This document shows positions 53,209 to 64,000 of a DNA stretch of 64,000 nucleotides, in pieces. The DNA is from Octopus bimaculoides (Eukaryota). The stretch is from NCBI RefSeq assembly GCF_001194135.2, contig NC_068985.1, positions 75,059,515-75,123,514 of the forward strand. The letters are read 5' to 3'. The notes beneath the pieces were generated by a model, which did not search any database, had not been told where the DNA came from, and worked only from the letters and a program-made list of their open reading frames with translations. The number at the start of each line of letters is the position of its first letter. Within the stretch, counting starts at the first letter, position 1. Position numbers and translations under genes: made by a program.

Positions 53209-53481
53209 NNNNNNNNNNNNNNNNNNNNNNNNNNNNNNNNNNNNNNNNNNNNNNNNNNNNNNNNNNNNNNNNNNNNNNNNNNNNNNNNNNNNNNNNNNNN
53301 NNNNNNNNNNNNNNNNNNNNNNNNNNNNNNNNNNNNNNNNNNNNNNNNNNNNNNNNNNNNNNNNNNNNNNNNNNNNNNNNNNNNNNNNNNNNNNNNNNNN
53401 NNNNNNNNNNNNNNNNNNNNNNNNNNNNNNNNNNNNNNNNNNNNNNNNNNNNNNNNNNNNNNNNNNNNNNNNNNNNNNNNN
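53209..53481. other. Assembly gap (N)
   Basis: Run of N between (CT)n and (TA)n. Confidence 1.
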
Positions 53482-53543
<62 letters not shown>

Positions 53544-54113
53544 TTCTGGATAAAAGATGAAAGGAAGCACAATTAAATAATTGAATTTAATACAAACCCT
53601 GATTGTTGAATTTGAATTATTTTCTCTTCAGTGTTTCTGATTTGTTAGTGCTACAAAGTTTTTTTAGTGTATTGTTTGATAAAATCATCAAATGAATCTA
53701 TTATGAGTAAATCTGATATAGGTATTAGTCTTTCGATGATCATTATTTCGTTTTCAGCCTTTTCACAATACTTGTCATAGGAAGGAAGGTACTATTTCAA
53801 AACATTTCACTCTTGTTCTATTCTTATTTTTCACGATATTCAATAAGGTACGTTATCTGTAATCACTTTCCTTCAGAACATAGAAGAAAGATAAATGGCA
53901 GTTCTTACATGTTACTTTTTTCAAAAGACTATACAAAAGCCTCCTTGATGATGTACAGGAAATGTAACTATAGCTGCTTCAGGTAAAACAAAATTGGTAT
54001 GTGGTCTCTATCTGAGTACAACGCTCAACATTTTAGTGTGAATATGTCCTGTCAATAGTTGCAAACATCAATAATTGATTTGTAAGAACCAAATACTAGA
54101 ATTATTGAAATGA

Positions 54114-54663
<550 letters not shown>

Positions 54664-57589
54664 ATTGTGGTTACTTATTCTGGGCTTCACAAAATATGTG
54701 CCAGAAAAATATTGATGCCAAGTTTATTGACTACCCTTTCTCCAGAATGTGTGATCTTCTGCTCTCTTCAAATCATGTTTTCTCTCTAAAATATCAATGT
54801 TTCGAAATAATTCCTCAAAACTAAAGAATACTGGAAGCATTCTTAACGAAATGTCAGAAAGTCCAGACAAAAGATTTACTGTAAATGACTAAATAAATGT
54901 GTAAGCTTTTCGAAAATCCTAAATATAAGTGATTTTATTTTGACAACTGTGAAAATAGAAATATTATTTAGAAAAACAGAAATAATAGAAGATGAAGAAA
55001 AGGCAGCAATACTTCGCAACTAAAGATAGATGGTGTGAATCTGCTAAGGAAACTTAAATCGTATAATGATAAATTTAATGTGATATTAAGAAGATTAGAC
55101 ATTTGTGAGATCCGAACTTAGATCCATGCCAAACTAAATGCCATAACGCATTCTGTTTGGTATTCTAAAATATTCATCGCATGAATTATTCGTTGAAATG
55201 TTTTTTCCATGAATATTCTATTAAATATAAATTTCTTTTCTCTTCTTAATGTCTTAGTATGACGTGTCTATAACTATAAAATATATCTCTTTTTGTTGAT
55301 TTTTCATTCATGTACCTTGTTCATAAAATTCTTTTTCCTGTTTACACTTCCTTTAATTATCTATAAAGCAAATCTGAAGAGAGCGACATAAACACTAAAA
55401 AAGAAAGTTGAAAAAGAATGTAAAATGTAAAGCGCATGCAAACTTATCACACAGTTTAAACATATGCGCGACAGTTATTTGAATTTAGACTGTAATATAT
55501 TTTCCTTGTATATTTTATATTAGTTACAAATAAGAACGCGACTCATAAAAATGAAATGTGCCTTGTGTTATGATCAAAGTGACGATAAAAATGTTACAGG
55601 ACTATTCTAAATAGCGTTTAGTGATAAAACATGGCGTAGCTAAGATATTTTACAACTGGAAGTTGGTCAAATTTCTGTGCGATTAAATAATATAATTAGT
55701 TTGATATTACGTTCAAATGCGTTCAACTGAGAATAATTGTTGACGATCTTTGAATTCAATGTAAATGCTGGAAAATTATTCCAGTCGTGGAAACAACGCA
55801 AGATATTGATATATTTAACCAAAAATATATCCATCACAACAAAATTGCATAGATACATAATATAGTAATCATGAAAGTAATACTAAAGTTCTGCGGCTTA
55901 AATACACTAAAATCAAAATAATCATGAACCATGATCTCATTGAATGTCTTACGGGCTTCCAATCGACATTAAACTTGAAAATATAGTTTGCAAGTACGAG
56001 ACAATAGGCTATTGAGAGAATGCTCGAAAACTTTTATAAGATTTCTTCGAATTGGTTATTAGTTCAGTACGAACATTGTTGTATCAGAATCAAGGTTTCT
56101 AAGAAGTTTCTTAGGTGGTGTTCTGCCAAAAGCATATTTCTTTCTTCGTTTCGGAATCATTGGTATTGAAAGACAAATAAAGTTTAACGGGTCAAATTAA
56201 TGTTTTGTAAGTATTACTTTACCGTTACCATAGAGTGGTTTCCAGTAATATTAGCACCACAAAGCTGCTATTTAGAAAGCGAAACACGTTTTCTTCCTTT
56301 GTTTTCGCAAATTACCACAATTTAAGGTTTTATTAAAACACTCTAGAATCTGCTTGTTCTAAAATTAGTAAAAGTATTTATTACACATGACTCAATTAAT
56401 GAGAAGTATATTAAAAATTGTCAAATTCTAGAAGATGGGCTGAGAGGTCTAAAAAAGAGCTGAATATAACTAGAGCTATATACATAAAATGTCTAAAATA
56501 AAGAACTCTCTCAGCAAAATATATTAAAATTCACTCAAGTATCAATGTATGTGGTATTAGCATAATACTTGAACGCAAGAATAATAGATTTTAGAGAAAA
56601 AAAATATCTACCATAATAAATATTATATGAATATTTCATGTTACCTATTTATCAAACGGGAATATCATTCCTCTTCTGCTGCTTTTAGTATATGTCGGGC
56701 GAAAGTGGCATGCTTATAATTTTTGATACAAATAAAATTTAGCAAATTGTTTTTGTAGTCGTTTCATTTCTGGCGTCTCAACATTCATCATCACCACTCG
56801 AGAAATAATATTCAAACAACCACCTTATAGAGCCGCATCCACAGAGAAACGTCAATTATTTTTCAAATAGTCTAAATACTGCATACAAATTAACTTAATA
56901 CTATGACTTAGGAGAATTATTAATAGTCGTCTAATTTCATATATTTAAACTGTTAATTGTATTTAACACTTTCTATAATTGGGAGAAAATAATTTGAATG
57001 TTTTTAACACCAATTTGTATCATAAATTTACATAGTTTCAAGATATTTCTCTATATTAGAAGCACAAATTATTGATTTCTAACATTGGCCCAGATACTAG
57101 GTTAGATGACAGAATATATAGTATACTAAATATAAGTATCAAAATACGCAAAGCAGTTATGGCCGAATCAGTAGAACGCTAGATGTAATAAAATGTGTCG
57201 TGTATGTTACGTTCTTTTAATGGCTTGCTTCCAAATCCACCCGGTTCAACTTGCCTTTTTAAACATTTATAAGCATAAGGGGGTTTCAAATGTAGCAGTA
57301 AGATAATCTTGGAGATATTAATCGTCTATATGTCTGAAAGTGGTACTCTTAGATAGCTACGGTTTGCAATTAGCAAAAGATTAAAATTAAATTAGGAATA
57401 CTTAAAAAGAATAAAATTGAACTTTGCCAAAAGACAGTTTGTGAAACAAAATATGAAATCTATTTTCGTTATTCTCATAAGAGCTATTAACTTAATTTTT
57501 TAAAATCCTCATTTAAGAAACATTTGAGTGGTACAAATGGTAGTTTGAAGTTCAATATCTTCATTCACATTCACATCACTTTGGCCAAG

Positions 57590-57768
57590 TATTGGTCTCA
57601 AATTTTGTCACAGGGCCAGAAATGTTTGGATGAAGGGGATTGAACATTATATCGAACCCCAATGAACAACTTGCATTGTTTTATCGACCTCGGAAGGTTG
57701 AATTTGGAATCTGAACATAAAGCGGACGAAATGACACAATGCATTTTGCCCGGCATGCTAACGATTCT
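57590..57768 (-). mobile_element. SINE family A body lacking its head
   Basis: Minus strand starts abruptly at AGAATCGTTAGCATGCCGGGCAAAATGC; a head-like segment lies at 63099-63124. Confidence 0.8.
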
Positions 57769-60700
57769 TAATTTTTTATTATCCATAAGGTCATATATAG
57801 AAGGGATAGCACAATGAACTTGAATGATTTTACAAGAAATGCGATTGGGGTCCTTTTAAAAATTCTAAAAACATATATATTAGGAATGATGATAGGACAC
57901 AGTAAGACTTAACAGATGGAGTGAAGGCGGGATTATAACGGACCCCACGAACCCCACCCTACCACTGACTTGGGTCTTTAGACCATATCGCATTAACGGG
58001 GAGCATTTCATACCCAACATTCGTGCGACATTCTCCCATCTTTTTCCAAACATGTTTTCAGGGCAAACATTTCCTCTCCAGCTCTATTTGCCTTTTTAGG
58101 TGGAAGATGAAAACATTCACCAGAATAGGACCAGAGATGAAGGTGCCTGACCTTATTCATTTCATTCTTGTCCTCCATATAATCCCTCACGGAGTTGCTA
58201 CTACAGAGAGAAAACAATTCTCACCTTTTTTCGTTAATAAATCCGGTGAGTTAATTTTCACTATAGATTCAGTCGACAACTGTACTCTTCCTCCACCTGA
58301 CATCAGTTGTTCGGCATAAACCTACACGTCAGATACTTCCGGGCACTAAACAATAGCGTGCGGGGTGGTTTCCTTGTCCCGCCTACATCTTGGACAGATC
58401 GGAGTGTCTCGGCCACCGTGTCTTGAGAGTTTATCCCGGAGAGGTAAGGTTCAGCGTTAACACTGCCATGCCAAAGACTTCCGAATGTACGTTGGAACAG
58501 ACTGGCCATCTGATTATCGTCAAAACCTAGAGTCTCTCCCAATATATCATTGCTTCAGAACCACTACCGCAGGCATTGCCTGAGCGAAGGAAAAGCAGGA
58601 GTGCCTCACGACACTCCGTATACCATGTACTCAACTTCGATCTACAATTGAATCAGGTTTTCCCGTCCACCGAAACTAGTGAGCCTGGGAAACATCTGTT
58701 TCGCCAGTGAAGACCACACCTGTTCACCATACAGGTAGATCCACAGGTGCCTCAGCCTCATCGCATGTCTGCGCATCAATATCCAAGGCATCCCTAACCC
58801 GACATTTAACGGTTATTGACAGCAAATAGAGCGTCTCACAAGCGGTTTTGAGCCATGTCACATGAAGTGGAAGAGCTGTCTTTCCAGCTTGATCAAACAC
58901 GAATCAAGGCAAGGCACGACAGTTAGGCGGTATGTGATGACCGATGCGATAAACACATTGGCCACCTCCGCACTCCCTTTCAGGGATAGCCACCGCCAAG
59001 ACCACCTCTTGGCAATGTGGCTCACCCTGCTCGATACCTCGGCCCAATTCTTCTCTATTTGGGGGTTTGGTCCGAGCCAAACTCCTAGCAACTTAATCGG
59101 ACCCTCCATCTAATGTCGCACGACGCGGTCAGGAGGTATCGAATGCCTCTCCAGGTGCCGAGCTGCAAGCCGACTGATTTTTTACGATTAACTTTTGTTC
59201 GTGCCACCGTCTCGTATTCCTCAATGGCCTTGCTTATCCTAAGTAGGTGAGCCATTTTGGTCACGATGATGGTGATGTCATCCGCGTAGGCTGAAACCAA
59301 CATCTCACAACCTAGCTGTCGTGGAATGTCGCTCAGCTTTCGCAGCACTGGCTCAAGAGCCATCACATAGAAAACCGGGAAGATCGGACATCCTTGACGA
59401 ACCGAGCGTTTGACGTGGAACGGCTTAGAAAGAAAGACGTTCACCCAAACTACCAAGTCAATGTTGTCATACATTTGAATGATCCACCTGAGCAAGCCAA
59501 GACACAGGCTGAACTGAGCCAGAACGGACACCAGGTAGTGATGGTCGACCCTATCAAAAGCTTTTGATTGGTCTAAATCGACCACTGCTCCTCCCTTGCC
59601 GGAATCGTTATTAATTCCCTCTATAGCGAATGGTATAAGATGGAGATTATCCTGAATGAAACAGCCAGGGATGGCACATGTCTGTACTCCCCCGATAAGC
59701 CCATCCGCGACACGCGCCAATCTTTTCGATAACATTTTGGCCAATATCTTCAGCTCTGCGTTGAGCAGAATGATAGGCCTTAACTTATCAATGACACTCT
59801 CCTTGCTCGAGTCCTTTCTGACGAGCGTCCCTACTCCCCGGCGTACAGATCTGGGGATGTGCCCGTTCTGTTGCCAGTTCGCGTAGACACTCGCCAGTAT
59901 GTGTCCAAACAAGTCCGGAAAACTCTTATGCAGCTCGTAGTGTAGACCATCCAGCCCTGGCGCCTTACCCGCATCGCAATCCGCCATGGCCTCTTTTACC
60001 TCCTCCGGCGTGATCAGCCCCTCACTACACCTTGCATCCTACCCCGAGAGGTGCGGCATCCCGTCGAGGAAGCCACTTACGTCCATCCTACACTCCGGCC
60101 CACTGCTTCCTCCGAAAAGCTGAGCGAAGTGGTCCTGAAAGACCTCACACATCTCTTCAGGTTCGTCTATCAACTTACCTTGATGGTTTGTCAAAGATCG
60201 AATTGTGGTACCATTGCCACGTTGGGCTTCCACCATTCGGGCCCATCCCGCAGCATTGATTCCTTCGCAACCTATTTCACGTTGTCTAGCCCTAACAATG
60301 CAACCCATGTGTTTGGCTTCGAGGTGTTCGTTTAACACCAGTCTCTTGGCCTCCACCTGAACCGCAGAGCCAGTTCGCATTGCTTCCTCTAAGACCTTAT
60401 CTAGAGCTCATTCCCTGCTAGCCTCCCAAGCCACTAAACCTATGCTGTATCTAATAGACTCATATTTAATGTCTCGCTTGCAAACATAGCACCATTTGTT
60501 GTTAATAATAGATCCGGTTAGTGCCCACTGAATTAACATCTTAATCTGGTCCCTGTGCTCCTTCATCGCCAAAAGGGACGTATTAAGTTTCCAGTAGTGG
60601 GGACCTCTATATAACTTATCTCTGTCGAGCTTACAGGTGACCATCTTGTGATCACTGTAGCTGACCATGTGAAACTGTGGACACCTAGCTATCTTCTTAT

Positions 60701-63098
60701 CTACTTTTCTAATTAATACTCTATCTAGATAAGACCTGGAAGATCCATCGCTATTTGCCCATTTCCACAATGGAGCATTGAGAAATTACAGTCTGCATGG
60801 ATCTACCAGCTCAAAACGTCTTTGTAGATCCTAGAAGCAAGCATTACTTCTCCTATTAACGCACGAACCAACATAATCTACGCGTGCATCACAGATTGTG
60901 CTATAGTCTCCTAGCACAACTAAAGGATGTGATGTAGCAAAAAACATCTGTAGGTTCTGATAATACTCAATTTGCCCTGTATCTTGAGGTGCATAATTGC
61001 AACCAGTCTGATAGTCTTACAACGGCTGAACGTCAAGTCAATGACGACCAGCCTACCATTTGGATCTGCAAAAATCAACTTTTTCTCAGAAACCCGGTTT
61101 CTTTTTAATACGACCAATACCCCCCTCCCGCTATGAGGACAGCCAGCACGGAGAGATGAAACTCTCATAACCGTCAAACAGCGGGAGCATATCTCTTGGC
61201 CCCTTCAACCTGCTGTCTGTGGTAACCACATCTAAATCCCGTGACCTGACATCATTTGGGAGGTATCCTTGCTTCCAACTAGACGTCAGGCCACGCACAT
61301 TTATACATGCAACGTGAATGCTTGACATGGACTTACCTTAGCCAGTGGTACTCTCCTCTTTACTGGTTCGTGGGGTGATATTCTGACATAGGTCCTCGTA
61401 CATCGATTTGTTAAAATCAAATCTTAGACGACCCATGTCAGTTGGGTGGTAGTTTTTTAAGATGCAATAGTTCATTTTATCTATTTTATAAATGGCAATA
61501 TTTTCTGGAGTCTTATGATGATGTTTGTAAATTGACGCCGTTGGTATTTGCTTTAACCTTTTTCTTAATTGTTCGTTGTCATTGTTTATTGCAGTCAGTG
61601 TTTCCTTATATTCGTTAGATTTTGTTGGACTTGATATCAGGGACAGATTGCCTGGACTGGTAGTGTGGGGGGTGATGTCTGGGAGAGGGGTGAAATCCGA
61701 ACTAGAGGAGCAAGGGACTCATCGGTGAGGGGGAATAGGATGGGGAGGAATCAGATATTGTTGACTCTTGGGGGAATAGTGGTGGGGTGGAGTAATTTTT
61801 CTTTGAGTGTCCTGAGTTTTTCTTTTGATTGTTGTAGGGTTGAGTTGGTTGTTGCTATTATTTTTCCTTTTTTGGGGGTCTTACTATCGACCAACCGTCT
61901 TTTTCCCCGGCTTGTTGAACACCAACAGTGCCGGGGTTCTGCTGGTCGGTCTGTTGGTTTTGTATTTTTTTTGTTCTTTGTTATCCTCTTCTTCTTTCTC
62001 CTTGCGGGTAGGGCAGCTTACCCGAATGTGGCCTTTTTTGCCACATTCGTAGCATCTGGATTTCCTGCACTCCACCATTACCCGTAAGGTGGTTTCTTCT
62101 TCAATATGGATGTTCTCAGTAATTTTGTCTAATATCTGGAGGGCCGCTTGGATTATGATCTCAAGCCCTTGGCCCCGCCAATTCTGTTGTTGTATTCTGG
62201 AAGCTTCAGTCATCTTGATTTTATCCTCAAGTCCCATTAAAAGGGCTGAGATAATCCAGGTAACATTTATTTCTGAGGGGATTTCCTCAATAACTATTTT
62301 GGATATTCTCCTACCCATTGATAATAAAATCACTTCATTGGTTTTATCAGTTGAAGCGAGTGCTTTATAGCCTTTTCCTCATTTTTCAAGTACATCACTA
62401 ATGTGGTGTATCTTCTCCTTCTGGTCAAGAACTTGATGTCTTGCCAGATGGGTTACATACACTTCTCGATTTGTTCTTTGGATGCCTTGTCTATTTTCTT
62501 GTCTTTTATTATCATTGTCTTATATGTTATCATTTTCCTCTTTGTTTCGTCGATGAATTCGTTAGGGAGGGTGGCTTTAATATCAGAACGTTCCCTTTCG
62601 AACATATCTACGTGTTGCTGCAGTGAATCTAGCTCTATGCTCAATTTATCTTATCTCACACCGGTTGCGGTAGCAAAATTAATCTTCTTTTGGTTGTCTT
62701 CTGTTGGGTTTACTTTTCCGTTATTCATTTTATCGTTTTCACCATTTATTTTTCCTTCTTGGTTCCTTTTTCCGTTTACCGCATTTATATGGCTTTTGTT
62801 CACATTTTCGTTCATTTTGTCTTGTTTTAAAGTTGTTCTTTGGTTAGCTTGGTTAGAGTTATAAGACTTGTCCTCCGAATTCAATTTCACAAAAATAAAT
62901 ATTTTCGAAGCTATTTTTTTCCAAAAATTATTTCAAAAATTATTATCCCCTCCGTAAGGAGGGGACAACAGTCCACTACGTCTGTTAAAACAGAACGTAG
63001 AAAAATAAGAAAAGTTCAAACTTTAACAATGAAAGGCAACAATAACAATAAATAATAATAACAATTACTAACCAAATTCTCACAAAGACATTAACCTT
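57769..63098 (-). mobile_element. Apparently full-length Tx1-clade LINE (ORF1 with zinc knuckle; ORF2 APE-RT), decayed
   Basis: ORF1 about 62890-61330 with CYECGKKGHIRVSCP. ORF2 about 61328-58000 with CINVRGL, SRSYLDR, SDHKMV, APGLDGL, DQSKAFDRVDH, VRQGCP and AYADDIT. 3' tail AATAAAAAA; 8-bp TSD ACGATTCT at 57761-57768 and 63099-63106. Confidence 0.9.
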
Positions 63099-64000
63099 AC
63101 GATTCTGCCTGATAGCTCCCTTAACTTTATTCAGATGTTGTCTCTAAGAGAGTCAATGGGACGAGTACCCTCTTATTCAAAGTCGGTGGTAAAGGAGATT
63201 TTGCTGACGTCCATCGAATGTTCTTTGTCTTGAGTGGAAAACTTAATTTATCACCCAGCTTAGTGCTACAAGCTTTTCTCACTATTTGACGCAATCGGAC
63301 CAGGTTTCCAATCTAATTGTAACCCATAGATTTAGTAGATTCACCAATCTCTCTTCTCATCATTCTCAAATGCAAATGAAAGTACAAGCTTATTGGTGCA
63401 TGATTTCAATATTTCTCTCGAGGAATCCTCTTTTCTCTATGCTCAAATGTTACGCTTTTATCTTATACGCAAGGCAATATTGATATGATTTAATTTTCCG
63501 GCGAGCGTGGTATATTACGAGTAGGGTATTGTTGCTTCAGAACTATGTATATACTATGTATATGTGCGAAAGCAGAACAAATTAACATTTAAGATAAATA
63601 AACTGGTTGTTTTATTTATAAATCTGAAGCGCTAACTTAATCTCTGTCTACACTAATGTGTGTATATTTCTCTATGTGTTTACCTGTGTCCATTATATTG
63701 TGTATGTTTCTAGTATCATCACGAAAGAAGAATTTAATAAATGGTAATGTTATTCTGGAGAGACTGTATATTCTTTTATTTTCCTATAGCAACTGGCTTC
63801 AGTGAAAGCAATAACTTAGCAAATTGTCGCCCATGGTAATTTCTGAACTGTACGTTTAATTTCAAGCTAAAAATAAGCGTTATTAAAATTATCCTGGATT
63901 GTTTTATTAGCGCGGCTCGCCAGATGATGAGTCATGTTTCATGTGGCCGATTCTTAGAAAAATGTTGCTATAGCAAGAATCATTTCGTGGAGGCTAACCT

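Overview
AT-rich eukaryotic genomic DNA, not prokaryotic, with five N gaps. Microsatellites are very dense, and there are two tRNA-derived SINE families that I recall from Octopus genomes; that taxon call is recollection, not a search result. Most recognisable sequence is decayed transposon: CR1-like LINEs, many R4/Dong-type LINE fragments sitting in (TAA)n tracts, Tx1-clade LINEs, Penelope-like (GIY-YIG) fragments, and Tc1/mariner remnants. One Tx1 copy is about 5.3 kb and apparently full length. No intact gene, RNA gene or CRISPR array is supported; one 114-nt segment looks like a host coding exon. The most notable points are insertion architecture: the full-length Tx1 splits a SINE with an 8-bp TSD; Dong copies are stacked in TAA tracts, two with the same 5' breakpoint; a 20-nt neighbouring sequence is copied into one Dong 5' junction; two CR1 copies carry different SINEs at almost the same RT position; and several interleaved fold-back structures occur.
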